Assembly (NCBI GenBank): GCA_016290145.1
Contig: JAEESX010000002.1
Location: forward strand, 1 to 48,713
Origin: Bacillales bacterium
Lineage (GTDB): Bacteria > Bacillota_I > Bacilli_A > RFN20 > CAG-826
Direction: 5' to 3'
DNA: 48,713 nt
This document shows positions 26,318 to 36,563 of the stretch, one piece after another. Below the pieces are notes generated by a model. That model had not been told where the DNA came from, made no database searches, and saw only the letters and a list, made by a program, of their open reading frames with translations. The stretch's first letter is position 1; each line of letters opens with the position of its first letter. Both the position numbers and the translations under genes were made by a program.

Positions 26318-26347
26318 ATTATATGTGCATTTATCTATAAATGTCAA
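26318..26347 (-). promoter_or_regulatory. Sigma-A-type promoter of rpmH-rnpA
   Basis: On the minus strand: TTGACA (26347-26342), an 18-nt spacer, then TATAAT (26323-26318), about 30 nt upstream of the rpmH ATG. Confidence 0.6.
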
Positions 26348-26448
26348 CAAGTGTGTAGGCACACACGAAAAACTCAACTAAATGGTTAGTGTGCATAAAT
26401 TCCGCTTTTCACATCAAAAATCGACATCGTTTTAGAGGTAAAATTGAG

Positions 26449-26708
26449 TTTTCCACATAAATTTATACTACAAGCCTAATAAGTGGATATTCCTTAAATA
26501 ATAACATAGTTATTTTTATAGCAAAAATCTTGATTATACAAATCTATTCTACACACAAAAATCAGTGTTGGTTGATAAGTCAAAAAAGTTTTCCACATAC
26601 AAAAATTGTGGATTTGGTGGAAAACTCCCTTATAGTGCTATTATTTTTACCTAAGAAATGTGGAAAATTAAATTTTTGGTTTTTTCCGTTAAAAATCATT
26701 GTGGATTA
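26449..26708. other. oriC left module: DnaA-box cluster upstream of dnaA
   Basis: Matches to TTATCCACA with 1-2 mismatches: TTTTCCACA 26449-57 and 26589-97. On the other strand: AGTGGATAT 26482-90, TGTGGATTT 26607-15, GGTGGAAAA 26616-24, TGTGGAAAA 26659-67, TGTGGATTA 26700-08. Confidence 0.85.
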
Positions 26709-26711
26709 TTC

Positions 26712-26717
26712 TATAAT
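26712..26717 (+). promoter_or_regulatory. Candidate -10 element (TATAAT) of dnaA, immediately after a DnaA box
   Basis: TATAAT lies 33 nt upstream of ATG 26750. DnaA box 26700-26708 occupies the spacer. No good -35 was seen. Confidence 0.35.
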
Positions 26718-26749
26718 GATGGCAGCAAAAATAAAGGATTTTTTATTTT

Positions 26750-28120
26750 ATGATCAGTTCAATATCAGAAATAGCTCAATTATGGGACAGGGCTCTTAAA
26801 AGAATAGAAGAGCAGTTAGGTGAAAAGCAGTTATTCGACTCCTTCTTTGCCGATAGTTATATCTACGAAATTAGAGATAATACAATCGTGGTAGTGGTTA
26901 GCACCATGTTGGCCAAGAACTTAATCAGTTCCAAATACTATGATCTAGTTTCAAACATAGTTAATGAAATTACACAATCTAATTTTAGATTGGAATTCTT
27001 GTTAGGTTCTGAAATTAAGCAAAACCAATCAACACAAGAACAAGCAGTTTCTAAAAAACCACAATACTTTAAGAACGCTGTTATCAATCCAAATTTAACA
27101 TTCGATAACTTTGTTGTGGGTCATTTTAACCGTGAAGCATCTCAAGCTGCGTTATTAATCGCCAGCAATCCTGGTAAGATGTTCAACCCACTATTTATCC
27201 ACTCACAATGTGGTTTAGGCAAGACTCACTTATTACACGCGATTGGTAATTTTATAACAAAGGAAAGAAACCCAAACGCGAAGATCCTTTATATTACTGC
27301 CAACGACTTTGTTGAAGAATACATTAGATACGTCCGTGGAGAGAAAGAATCTCAATCATTAAAAGACTTCTTTGCAGACGTTGACGTCCTCCTTCTCGAC
27401 GATGTTCAATTCTTAGCAAATAAGGTTAATACACAAGAGATGTTCTTCTACATCTATACCAATATGATCAATAACGGCAAACAAATCGTTATTACATCTG
27501 ATCATCAACCAAACGAACTCAATAAATTAGAAGAACGTTTAGTGACAAGATTTAGCCAAGGGCTAGTTGTTAAGATTGAGGAGCCAGATCAAAATACATG
27601 TGTCGAAATCTTAAGAAAGAAAATCGAAGCATTAGGCTTAGATGTTAATAGATTCGATGAAAACGTTTTATACTTCTACGCTGACAAATTCAGCAAGAAT
27701 GTTAGAGAGTTAGAAGGTGCATTACATAGGTTAATTTTCGTAACAACAAATATCAAGAAAACTGACAAGGTTACAATTGAAGATGCCATGGAAGCCGTCT
27801 CATCATTAGTGGGCGGAAAACAATTCACCACACAACTCAGTGAGCAAAAGATTATTAACGTTGTTGCTGATTACTACAATCTCACACCATCCCAAATCAC
27901 TGGTAAGATTCGTACAGGTCAAATCGCGTTAGCCAGACACATCGCAATGTATTTAATTAGACAAGTGTTGGACGTACCACTAAAGAAAATTGGCGACATG
28001 TTCGGTGGTAAAGACCATACAACTGTTATGTCAGCTATCTCGAAGGTGGATAAAGAGTTGAAAACTAATGAGTCGTTAAAAGAAGCGATCACCGAATTAG
28101 AAAAACGCCTAAAACCATAA
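26750..28120 (+). CDS. dnaA: Chromosomal replication initiator DnaA
   Basis: AAA+ Walker A QCGLGKTHLLHAIGN, LLLDDVQFL, and C-terminal DNA-binding helix GGKDHTTVMSAISKV. Confidence 0.97.
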   Translation: MISSISEIAQLWDRALKRIEEQLGEKQLFDSFFADSYIYEIRDNTIVVVVSTMLAKNLISSKYYDLVSNIVNEITQSNFRLEFLLGSEIKQNQSTQEQAVSKKPQYFKNAVINPNLTFDNFVVGHFNREASQAALLIASNPGKMFNPLFIHSQCGLGKTHLLHAIGNFITKERNPNAKILYITANDFVEEYIRYVRGEKESQSLKDFFADVDVLLLDDVQFLANKVNTQEMFFYIYTNMINNGKQIVITSDHQPNELNKLEERLVTRFSQGLVVKIEEPDQNTCVEILRKKIEALGLDVNRFDENVLYFYADKFSKNVRELEGALHRLIFVTTNIKKTDKVTIEDAMEAVSSLVGGKQFTTQLSEQKIINVVADYYNLTPSQITGKIRTGQIALARHIAMYLIRQVLDVPLKKIGDMFGGKDHTTVMSAISKVDKELKTNESLKEAITELEKRLKP

Positions 28121-28206
28121 TGCGTTTATTAAAAATAAAATATTCAAATGTCTAAGTGGTGTGGTAGAATAAAAACAAGTGAACAATTTTGTACCAATTA
28201 ACAAGG

Positions 28207-28262
28207 TTATCCACAAAATCCACATACATTATAATTATTATTAATATAATAAATGAAAGGAA
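28207..28262. other. oriC right module: tandem DnaA boxes plus an A/T-only unwinding-element candidate
   Basis: Perfect TTATCCACA (28207-15) directly abuts AAATCCACA (28216-24). A run almost entirely A/T follows (...ATTATAATTATTATTAATATAATAAAT...) up to the dnaN SD. Confidence 0.75.
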
Positions 28263-28268
28263 ATTAAT

Positions 28269-29390
28269 ATGAGATTTACAATCAAAAGAGAAGAATTTCT
28301 TAAAGGTTTATTAGTTGCTGGTAGAGCAGTAGGTAGTAAAACTGCTAATCCTGTTTTAGCCAATATTAAATTAGAACTTAATGAAAATGGTTTATTTATC
28401 ACGGGTTCTAACTATGACTTAACAATCAAAACACAAGTACCATATAGATTTAATGGTGTGGAAATTATCAGAAACTTCAAGGAAGGTGGAACATTGATTA
28501 ATGCAAAGCTCATTATTGAGATTGCAAGAAAGATGGAATCTGAAGAAATCTCCTTAGATGTTATTGATTCTACAATTGCCACAGTTAGTGATAACCGTTC
28601 AGAGTACAAGCTTAACTGTGTTAGACCAGAGGAATATCCAGATTTAGATTTAGATCCAACAGGTACACAGCTCACTTTAGCGAAATCCACATTTGACGCT
28701 TTAGTTTCACAAACAGCATTTGCAGCATCCACTAAAGAACAAAGACCTGTTTTAACAGCTATCAACTTAGAAGCAAATAATGGTTTATTAACAGCAACCG
28801 CCACCGACTCAGCTCGTATGGCTAGAAAAGAAGTTGTCATTGATCCAAATGTCCACTTTGTTGCTAACGTTCCAGCCAAAATGATGGTGGAAGTTGACCA
28901 CTTATTAGAAGGACTCGATTCAGTTGATGTCTCCTTCAGTGATAAGAAAGCATTATTCTTACTCGGAAGAACAGTTGTTGCTTCACGCCTAATCGCAGGC
29001 GAATATCCAAATACAAAGAATATTGTTCCACGCGTTACAAACTACCACTTAGAAGTTAATGCCAATGACTTTATCAAAGCCATTGACCGTGCAAACATCT
29101 TATCCGTGGAAAGAGAAAACGTTGTTGATCTCTCCATGAGCGAAGACGGAATTGAAATTTCTGCTAAGAGCCAACAAGTCGGTTCCGCTACAGAAAAAAT
29201 CGACGTCTTCAAGTTTGTTGGACAAGAATTAAAGGTCTCATTCAATAGTGAATTTGTTGTCGCTGCAGTTAAAGCTTTATCTTGTGAAGATGTGAAGTTT
29301 GAATTTGTGGGCGAAATGAAGCCGTTTGTTATCAGAAACATCTCAGATGACTCGGTCATCCAAATTGTCACACCAGTGAGGACATATTAG
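28269..29390 (+). CDS. dnaN: DNA polymerase III beta sliding clamp
   Basis: 373 aa. MRFTIKREEFLKGL start and three-domain length. Conserved position after dnaA. Confidence 0.95.
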   Translation: MRFTIKREEFLKGLLVAGRAVGSKTANPVLANIKLELNENGLFITGSNYDLTIKTQVPYRFNGVEIIRNFKEGGTLINAKLIIEIARKMESEEISLDVIDSTIATVSDNRSEYKLNCVRPEEYPDLDLDPTGTQLTLAKSTFDALVSQTAFAASTKEQRPVLTAINLEANNGLLTATATDSARMARKEVVIDPNVHFVANVPAKMMVEVDHLLEGLDSVDVSFSDKKALFLLGRTVVASRLIAGEYPNTKNIVPRVTNYHLEVNANDFIKAIDRANILSVERENVVDLSMSEDGIEISAKSQQVGSATEKIDVFKFVGQELKVSFNSEFVVAAVKALSCEDVKFEFVGEMKPFVIRNISDDSVIQIVTPVRTY

Positions 29391-29426
29391 GCCAAAAAAG
29401 CCCAATTTAGAGAATATAATAGAAGA

Positions 29427-29449
29427 GGGAATATTTTATTCCCTTTTTT
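29427..29449 (+). terminator. Intrinsic terminator after dnaN
   Basis: GGGAAT-ATTT-ATTCCC hairpin followed by TTTTTT. Confidence 0.6.
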
Positions 29450-29485
29450 ATTTATATAATGTATAATTGTTTCAAGGAGTTTTTT

Positions 29486-29704
29486 GTGGGCCCAAAAATC
29501 ATTACTTTAAACGCAGGTGAAGAATATATCACTCTTCAATCTTTGCTCAAAATCACAGGTACCATTTCTACCGGAGGAATGGTTAAGTCATATTTGGCGG
29601 AAACGGTGGTTTTGGTCAATGGAGAGCGCGAAAACCGTCGAGGTCGTAAATTGTACAGCGGAGACGAAATTCAGTTGCCTAGCGGCGTCTTTGTAATCAA
29701 ATAA
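29486..29704 (+). CDS. yaaA: S4-domain RNA-binding protein YaaA
   Basis: EYITLQSLLKITGTISTGGMVKSYL...VNGERENRRGRKLYSGDEI is the YaaA/S4 signature. GTG 29486 sits 6 nt after AAGGAG and is preferred over the listed ATG 29459. Confidence 0.8.
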   Translation: MGPKIITLNAGEEYITLQSLLKITGTISTGGMVKSYLAETVVLVNGERENRRGRKLYSGDEIQLPSGVFVIK

Positions 29705-29708
29705 GGCC

Positions 29709-30779
29709 ATGATTATTAAGACACTTTCCCTCAAGAACTTCAGAAATCATTCAAACCTTACTTATGAGTTCTCGCCTAAGATGAACATATTGACTGGTCC
29801 TAATACGGCGGGGAAAACCAATATCGTTGAGGCTATCTACTATCTATCTTTATCGAGAAGCTTTAGAACCTCAGAAGATGTTGATCTCATACAAAAAGGT
29901 AAAAGCAGCGCGGAGATTACCGCAGTTTGCGAAGAAGGAGAAATAAAAAGAAAAGTTAAAATCGTTATTTCTGAATCTGGCAAGCACGTATTCATTAATG
30001 GAAAAGCGATATCTAAGATATCGGAACTCTCCAACTGCATGAACGTATTACTATTTGAGCCCAAAGACGTATTGATGTTTAGGGATTCACCAAAAACCAG
30101 GAGAAATTTTATAGATATCAACCTATCTAAAAAGAGCCAACCATACCTGGATTATATCAACCGTTATAACAAGGTTTTGAAAGAGAGAAACGAACTCTTA
30201 AAAAGCGATAAGGTTGATCCTGTCTTACTTGAAACAACCACTGAAATGCTCGTCAAATTAAGTGGTCCAATCGTCAGTTATAGACAGATGTATGTCAAGG
30301 ATATCAATGATATCCTTATAAAAATAACGCGCGCGCTCACGGGCGTTAATGGAAAACTCGAAATCAATTATAAACCATTTGTTGATTACAATGAGGACTT
30401 CCAAAAGAATGCATTAGACGCATTTAAACGGGCTGAGGAAAGAGATTTACACGCAAAAGCAACATCCATAGGGGTGCACAGAGAAGACTTCTCAATCAGT
30501 CTAAATGGGCGTGATATCGGCCAATTTGGTTCTCAAGGCGAGAACAGAATTGTGGCCTTGGCCTTAAAACTCTCCCCTTACTTCTTGATCGAAGACAAGG
30601 ATAAGAGGCCGGTCATAGTACTTGATGATGTGATGAGCGAACTAGACCAAGCGCATCGTCAAAGACTAATAAATTTTGTAAAGAAGTTTGATCAGGTATT
30701 CGTTACTGCAACCAAACTTGAGGTAGAGGGTGCCTCCCAATACCAAATAAAGAAAAATGAACAAAAGGAGGTCTTCTAA
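29709..30779 (+). CDS. recF: DNA replication and repair protein RecF
   Basis: Walker [19 protein letters not shown], signature [16 protein letters not shown], Walker [13 protein letters not shown]. Confidence 0.95.
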   Translation: MIIKTLSLKNFRNHSNLTYEFSPKMNILTGPNTAGKTNIVEAIYYLSLSRSFRTSEDVDLIQKGKSSAEITAVCEEGEIKRKVKIVISESGKHVFINGKAISKISELSNCMNVLLFEPKDVLMFRDSPKTRRNFIDINLSKKSQPYLDYINRYNKVLKERNELLKSDKVDPVLLETTTEMLVKLSGPIVSYRQMYVKDINDILIKITRALTGVNGKLEINYKPFVDYNEDFQKNALDAFKRAEERDLHAKATSIGVHREDFSISLNGRDIGQFGSQGENRIVALALKLSPYFLIEDKDKRPVIVLDDVMSELDQAHRQRLINFVKKFDQVFVTATKLEVEGASQYQIKKNEQKEVF

Positions 30780-32839
30780 TGGAAGAAGAAAAGAAAGTCG
30801 TTGCTGCTGAAGAAGCTAAAGCTGAAACTCCTGCTCCAGAAATTAAAGTAGAAGTTTCTGAAATGAACGAGGAAGAAGCTCAATTAGAAAAAGCTGACGC
30901 TAAATATACAGCAACCAACATTCAAGTCTTAGAGGGGCTTGAAGCAGTTAGAAAAAGACCAGGTATGTACATTGGTACAACATCCGCTGCTGGTCTTCAC
31001 CACTTAGTGTGGGAAATCGTTGATAACTCTATCGACGAAGCATTAGCGGGTTACTGCACAGAAGTTACAGTGACAATTAATAAAGGTGACACAATCACAG
31101 TTGTTGATAATGGTCGTGGTATTCCTGTTGACGTCGTTGCTAAGAGTGGATTATCCGGTGTTGAAACTGTTTATACAGTCTTACACGCTGGTGGTAAATT
31201 CGGTGAAGGTGGCGGTTATAAGGTTTCTGGTGGTTTACACGGTGTTGGTGCCTCAGTTGTTAACGCCTTATCCGAATGGTGTGAAGTTACCGTTAACAAA
31301 GATGGTGGTGTTTATTACATCAAATTCGAAAATGGTGGCCACATTGTTGATCACTTAAAGAAAATCGGTACATGTCCAAAAGACGCAAATGGTACCAAAG
31401 TCACATTTAAACCAGACCCACTTATTTTCCAAGACACAACCGAATACAACTACGACACAATCCGTGACAGAATGAGACAAACAGCCTTCTTGAATAGAGG
31501 CATTAGAATCACTGTTATTGATGACAGAGGCGAACAACAAGTTAAAGAAAGCTTCTGCTACAAAGGTGGTATTAAAGAATACGTCTTATTCATTAACAAT
31601 CACAAAACTAGATTATTTGACGAAGTCATTTATTGCGAAGGTTCAGTCCCAATTACATTAGCAAGCGGTGCAACCGCTCACGTGTATGCTGAAATCGCTT
31701 TCCAATATGATGATGGTTATAGCGCAAACGTCTACTCATTCTGTAATAACGTTCATACCCACGAAGGTGGTATGCACGAAACAGGCTTCAAAGAAGCAAT
31801 GAGAAAGATTGTTAACAACTACTGTCGTGAATACAAGTTCTTAAAAGACGGCGAAGATGACTTAACCTATGATGATATCGCTGAAGGTTTAACCGCAGTT
31901 ATCTCAGTCAAGCATCCAAACCCACAATTTGAAGGACAAACAAAGACTAAATTAGGTAACTCCGAAGTGAGAAAAATCGTTAATGGTATTGTCAGCGAAC
32001 AATTCCAAAGATTCTTACTTGAAGACCCACGTTTAGCAAGAATGATTATGGAAAAAATCGTCATGGCTGCGAACGCTCGTATGGCGGCTCGTAAAGCACG
32101 TGAAGATTTCCGTAGAAAAGGCTCTCTTGAGTTAACCACTCTTCCAGGTAAACTCGCAGATTGCTCCAGTAAAAATCCAGAAGAATGCGAATTATTCATC
32201 GTTGAAGGTAACTCCGCTGGTGGTAGTGCTAAGAACGGTAGAAACCGTGAAACACAAGCTATCTTACCACTACGTGGTAAAATCTTAAACGTCGAAAAAG
32301 CACAAGCTAAGAGAATATTCGCCAACGCTGAAATCGGTAACATGATTACCGCTATCGGTGGTGGCATTGATCCGGAATTTGATACCTCTAAAATCAGATA
32401 CCACAAGATCGTTATTATGACCGATGCTGATGTTGACGGCAGTCACATTCGTATTTTGCTATTAACATTCTTCTACAGATTTATGCGTCCTCTTATTACA
32501 GAAGGCTACGTATATATCGCACAACCTCCTCTATATAAAGTTGAGTATCATGGCAAACAATACTATGCATACTCTGATGAGCAACTTGAAGTTATTAAAA
32601 AGAAGCTCAATTTAAAACCTGGCTATCCATTCCAACGTTATAAAGGTCTTGGTGAAATGGACGCCGAACAATTACTTGAAACCACAATGGATCCAAAGAA
32701 CCGTAAGATGCTCAGAGTTACCCTCAATGACGCTATCAAAGCGGAACAAGTCTTCACCGATTTAATGGGTGATGATGTTGATCCACGTAAAGAGTTCATT
32801 CACGCTAATGCTAAATTCGTGAAGAACTTAGACATCTAA
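30779..32839 (+). CDS. gyrB: DNA gyrase subunit B
   Basis: [58 protein letters not shown] 7 nt before ATG 30779, which overlaps the recF TAA. Confidence 0.97.
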   Translation: MEEEKKVVAAEEAKAETPAPEIKVEVSEMNEEEAQLEKADAKYTATNIQVLEGLEAVRKRPGMYIGTTSAAGLHHLVWEIVDNSIDEALAGYCTEVTVTINKGDTITVVDNGRGIPVDVVAKSGLSGVETVYTVLHAGGKFGEGGGYKVSGGLHGVGASVVNALSEWCEVTVNKDGGVYYIKFENGGHIVDHLKKIGTCPKDANGTKVTFKPDPLIFQDTTEYNYDTIRDRMRQTAFLNRGIRITVIDDRGEQQVKESFCYKGGIKEYVLFINNHKTRLFDEVIYCEGSVPITLASGATAHVYAEIAFQYDDGYSANVYSFCNNVHTHEGGMHETGFKEAMRKIVNNYCREYKFLKDGEDDLTYDDIAEGLTAVISVKHPNPQFEGQTKTKLGNSEVRKIVNGIVSEQFQRFLLEDPRLARMIMEKIVMAANARMAARKAREDFRRKGSLELTTLPGKLADCSSKNPEECELFIVEGNSAGGSAKNGRNRETQAILPLRGKILNVEKAQAKRIFANAEIGNMITAIGGGIDPEFDTSKIRYHKIVIMTDADVDGSHIRILLLTFFYRFMRPLITEGYVYIAQPPLYKVEYHGKQYYAYSDEQLEVIKKKLNLKPGYPFQRYKGLGEMDAEQLLETTMDPKNRKMLRVTLNDAIKAEQVFTDLMGDDVDPRKEFIHANAKFVKNLDI

Positions 32840-32856
32840 TGAAGGAGGACGAAACT

Positions 32857-35514
32857 ATGTTATTCGAAGATGAAGAAAAAATCGTTAACGAAGAAGTCGC
32901 TGAAGAAGGCGAAGTTAATGAAGAAGAAGTTCAAGAATTAGAATCTGGTATCGTCGCTGGCTTAACTGATGTCGATACAGTTGGATTGGTTCAAGAATCA
33001 TTCCTTGATTACGCAATGAGCGTAATCGTTGCTCGTGCTATCCCTGATGTTAGAGATGGTATGAAACCAGTTCATAGAAGAATTGTTTATTCTATGTCCG
33101 AATCAGGCAACACACCTGATAAACCATTTAAAAAGTGTGCTCGTATCGTCGGTGACGTTATGGGTAAATATCACCCACATGGTGATGCTGCTATCTATGG
33201 CGCATTAGTCAGATTAGCGCAACCATTTGCGATGAGATATATGTTAGTCGAAGGTCATGGTAACTTCGGTTCTATCGATGGCGACGAACCAGCTGCTTAT
33301 CGTTATACTGAAGCTCGTATGGCCAAGATGGCTCTTGAAATGGTCAGAGACATCCAATGTGATGTTGTTGATTTCGTCGACAACTACGATGGTGTTGACC
33401 AAGAACCATCAGTCTTACCATCTAGATTCCCTAACTTATTAGTTAACGGTTCAAGTGGTATCGCTGTTGGTATGGCCACAAACATTCCTCCACACAACCT
33501 CAATGAAGTTATTGATGGTGTTGTTGCTTTAAGCAAAAACCCAGAAATCACCACTGAAGAATTAATGGAATATGTTAAAGGCCCAGACTTCCCAACCGGC
33601 GGTTTAATCTTAGGCCGTGGTGGTATTAGAGAAGCTTATGAAACCGGTACAGGTAGCATTGCTATCCGTTCTAAATGTCACATCGAAGATCGTGGTGAAC
33701 ACGGTGGATTAAAGAGAATCGTTGTTGATGAAGTTCCATATGGTGTCAACAAAGCTAACATGATTGAAAACATGGCTGGCTTAGTCAGAGATAAAGTTAT
33801 CGATGGCATTACCGACATCCGTGATGAATCCAACAAAGATGGTATCCGTGTTGTTATCGAAGTTAGAAGAGATGCAATTCCAGAAGTCTTATTAAATCAA
33901 CTTTATAAGATGACTCAATTACAAGTTAGCTTTGGTATCATCAACCTCTGCTTAGTGGACAACGCGCCAAAAGTGTGTTCATTAAGAACCATGCTTCAAC
34001 AATACTTAGACTTCCAAGTCAACGTTATTGAAAGAAGAACAAAATTCTTATTAGAAAAAGATGAATTCCGTGATCACATTGTTATTGGTTTAATCAAATG
34101 TCACGATAACATTGATGATATCGTTGATATCATTAAAGCAAGTTCTACACCAGAAGACGCTACTAATAAATTAATGGAAAAATACGGTTTCTCAGAACCA
34201 CAAGTCCAAGCTATTTTAGCTATGAACTTACGTAGATTAACCGGTATCGAAAATGAAAAGTTAGAAGCTGAAAGAGTGCAACTTGAAAAGAACATTGCTG
34301 AATACAAGAGAATCCTCTCCAGCAGAGAAAACGAAGTCGAAGTCGTCATTAAAGAATTACTCGAAATCAAAGATAAATTTGGTGATGAAAGACGTACAGA
34401 AATCACTAATAGTGATGCCTCCATCGATGATGAAGATTTAATCCCACAAGAAGATATTGTCATCACATTAAGTAGAGGTGGTTATGTTAAGAGATTATCC
34501 GCTGACACATTCAGAACACAAAATAGAGGTGGTCGTGGTGTTAGAGGCGCATCCTTAAATGAAAACGACGTCGTTGAATTAATGGTCTACACAAAGACAC
34601 ATACCGACTTATTGTTCTTTACAGATTTAGGTAAGGTTTATCGTATCCGCGGTTACCAAGTTCCTGAATATCAAAGAACAGGTAAAGGTGTTCCAGTGAT
34701 TAACTTAATCAATATCGAAAAAGGTGAAAATGTTAAATCCATCATTGCTGTTAATGAATACAGAGATGATCGTTTCTTAATGTTCTTCACGACTGAAGGT
34801 ATTGTTAAACGTACTCCATTAAAAGAATACGAATCCATCCGTCAAAACGGTAAGATTGCTATCACATTACGTGAAGGCGACAACTTATTAGACGTTAAAC
34901 AAGTTTCTGAAAAGATCGAACTTCCAGAATTTGCTAACGAACAAGGTGAATACACACAAGACTTATTAGTCGGTATTGCTGCATCTAACGGTAAGATGGT
35001 TAACTTCCCAACTAACGAAGTTAGACCAATGGGCCGTAGCGCATCCGGTGTTAAAGGTATTGAATTAATCGACAACGCTAGAGTTGTTGGTGTCACCGCA
35101 AGTTATGAAGGCGATCACATCTTAGTCGTTACCGATAAAGGCTATGGCAAGATGACCAAAGCTATCGATGATGATGGCGAACCAACATATCGTATTACCA
35201 AACGTGGTACAAGAGGTGTTTCTACCTTAAAGGCCACTGAAAAAGTTGGTAATCTTGTGGCTGTGCGCGCAGTTAATTTAGAAGATGATTTAATGGTCAT
35301 CACAAATGCTGGTATCGTTATCAGAACACCATTAGCACAAGTCCGTGTTGCAAGCCGTAACACACAAGGTGTTAAAATTATGAACCTCGAAGGTAGACAA
35401 AGAGTCTCTTCTATCGCTATCGTTCCACATGAAGAACCAAGTGATGAAGTTGAAGAACCTGTCGAAGGTGAAGAAGCTGCGGAAAATCCAGCAGCAGAAA
35501 ACGCTGAAGAATAA
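32857..35514 (+). CDS. gyrA: DNA gyrase subunit A
   Basis: YAMSVIVARAIPDVRDGMKPVHRR and active-site AAYRYTEARM. ATG 32857 is chosen because AAGGAGG lies 7 nt upstream. The listed ATG 32839 itself starts that SD. Confidence 0.95.
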   Translation: MLFEDEEKIVNEEVAEEGEVNEEEVQELESGIVAGLTDVDTVGLVQESFLDYAMSVIVARAIPDVRDGMKPVHRRIVYSMSESGNTPDKPFKKCARIVGDVMGKYHPHGDAAIYGALVRLAQPFAMRYMLVEGHGNFGSIDGDEPAAYRYTEARMAKMALEMVRDIQCDVVDFVDNYDGVDQEPSVLPSRFPNLLVNGSSGIAVGMATNIPPHNLNEVIDGVVALSKNPEITTEELMEYVKGPDFPTGGLILGRGGIREAYETGTGSIAIRSKCHIEDRGEHGGLKRIVVDEVPYGVNKANMIENMAGLVRDKVIDGITDIRDESNKDGIRVVIEVRRDAIPEVLLNQLYKMTQLQVSFGIINLCLVDNAPKVCSLRTMLQQYLDFQVNVIERRTKFLLEKDEFRDHIVIGLIKCHDNIDDIVDIIKASSTPEDATNKLMEKYGFSEPQVQAILAMNLRRLTGIENEKLEAERVQLEKNIAEYKRILSSRENEVEVVIKELLEIKDKFGDERRTEITNSDASIDDEDLIPQEDIVITLSRGGYVKRLSADTFRTQNRGGRGVRGASLNENDVVELMVYTKTHTDLLFFTDLGKVYRIRGYQVPEYQRTGKGVPVINLINIEKGENVKSIIAVNEYRDDRFLMFFTTEGIVKRTPLKEYESIRQNGKIAITLREGDNLLDVKQVSEKIELPEFANEQGEYTQDLLVGIAASNGKMVNFPTNEVRPMGRSASGVKGIELIDNARVVGVTASYEGDHILVVTDKGYGKMTKAIDDDGEPTYRITKRGTRGVSTLKATEKVGNLVAVRAVNLEDDLMVITNAGIVIRTPLAQVRVASRNTQGVKIMNLEGRQRVSSIAIVPHEEPSDEVEEPVEGEEAAENPAAENAEE

Positions 35515-35516
35515 TT

Positions 35517-36551
35517 ATGAAAGTTTTGGTTAGTTTTCAACCAAATAAAAAAGCTTCCGATTTTGAGGGTGTCCGTTTGAGAAAAACCATTAAGGGCGCC
35601 CTCGAAATGGTCGGGGTCGAATACACAACAAGCATCGTTGATAAATACGATATTGTTCATTTGATTTCGCCAGATGATGAAAACAAGCTTAATGATGCAA
35701 AAGAAAACAATATCCCTGTTGTGGTCAGCGCATTATATTGCGAAGACGATCCTTTGGCATCATATCTCGAACATAAGAGCAAAGACGGTGTTAGGACAAC
35801 CGAACTTACAAGCAAAGCTCTAAGGTTCCTCAATAAGGCTGATTTGGTCCTTGTTCCTTCAGAATCTGTAAGAGAGTTCCTTGTTAATAGTGGAGTTACC
35901 ACAGATATCTCCATCGCCTTACCTGGAATCAATATGGCACGTTTTGATTTCTCTAGAGAAGATGAGAAAACAATCTTCCATCGTTACTTTAGAGAAGATC
36001 CTGAACGCAAACTTGTTATTGGTTTAGGTGAATACGATATGAATATGGAAGGTATCAATGCGTTTATTAACGCCGCAAAAATGCTTCCAGAAGCAGTGTT
36101 CTATTACATAGGTAGAGAAACTATACCAGGCGTTTATAATTCATTAAAAGTTAAGAAAATTATTTCTAGTGCTCCAAAGAACCTCAAATTTATTAATATA
36201 ATTCCAGACGATATTTATCGTAGCGGATTATTAAATGCCGATGTATTTGTGCTTCCAGGATACAAAACAGCAGGTGTTGTGAGTATAATGGATGCGATGG
36301 CGGCAAAATGCCAGATAATTGCTCGTAAGCAAGCTGTCTATTCTGACTTATTAGAAGACGGAAAAACCGCGTACTTAGGAGAGTTCTCAGAGACATTAAC
36401 TTCTCTCATTAAAGATTACTTAACAGGGAAGTTAAAACCTACAATTGATGAAGCATACACATTTGCTAGCAAATGTAATCTTCAAGCAATCGGTGAACAA
36501 TTAAGATGGTTCTATCTCGAGCAAATCAATATTAAGAAAGTATCAAAATAA
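35517..36551 (+). CDS. GT-B fold glycosyltransferase (group 1 / GT4-like)
   Basis: 344 aa with a Rossmann-like N-half. The C-half has DVFVLPGYKTAGVVSIMDAMAAKCQIIARK...LEDGKTAYLGE (EX7E-like). Starts 3 nt after the gyrA stop. Confidence 0.6.
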   Translation: MKVLVSFQPNKKASDFEGVRLRKTIKGALEMVGVEYTTSIVDKYDIVHLISPDDENKLNDAKENNIPVVVSALYCEDDPLASYLEHKSKDGVRTTELTSKALRFLNKADLVLVPSESVREFLVNSGVTTDISIALPGINMARFDFSREDEKTIFHRYFREDPERKLVIGLGEYDMNMEGINAFINAAKMLPEAVFYYIGRETIPGVYNSLKVKKIISSAPKNLKFINIIPDDIYRSGLLNADVFVLPGYKTAGVVSIMDAMAAKCQIIARKQAVYSDLLEDGKTAYLGEFSETLTSLIKDYLTGKLKPTIDEAYTFASKCNLQAIGEQLRWFYLEQINIKKVSK

Positions 36552-36563
36552 AGGAAATTAATT

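Noticed and set aside
26351-26366. Palindrome GTGTGTAGGCACACAC just upstream of the rpmH -35
   Set aside because: It is short, occurs once and resembles no binding site I know. It could be a weak insulator or terminator stem for transcription entering from oriC, but the evidence is insufficient to call a feature.
26530-26799. 89-aa plus-strand ORF spanning the dnaA upstream region
   Set aside because: It runs straight through five DnaA boxes and into the dnaA start in another frame. It has no SD, and its composition (LIV/F/K-rich) reflects AT-rich non-coding DNA. Interpreted as oriC rather than a gene.
31867-32406. 179-aa ORF antisense to gyrB (similar cases at 28412-28879 in dnaN, 35142-35660 in gyrA, 34101-34466 in gyrA)
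   Set aside because: All are embedded in strongly supported essential genes. They lack ribosome-binding sites and recognisable motifs. Long antisense ORFs are expected where the sense strand avoids codons whose complements are stops.
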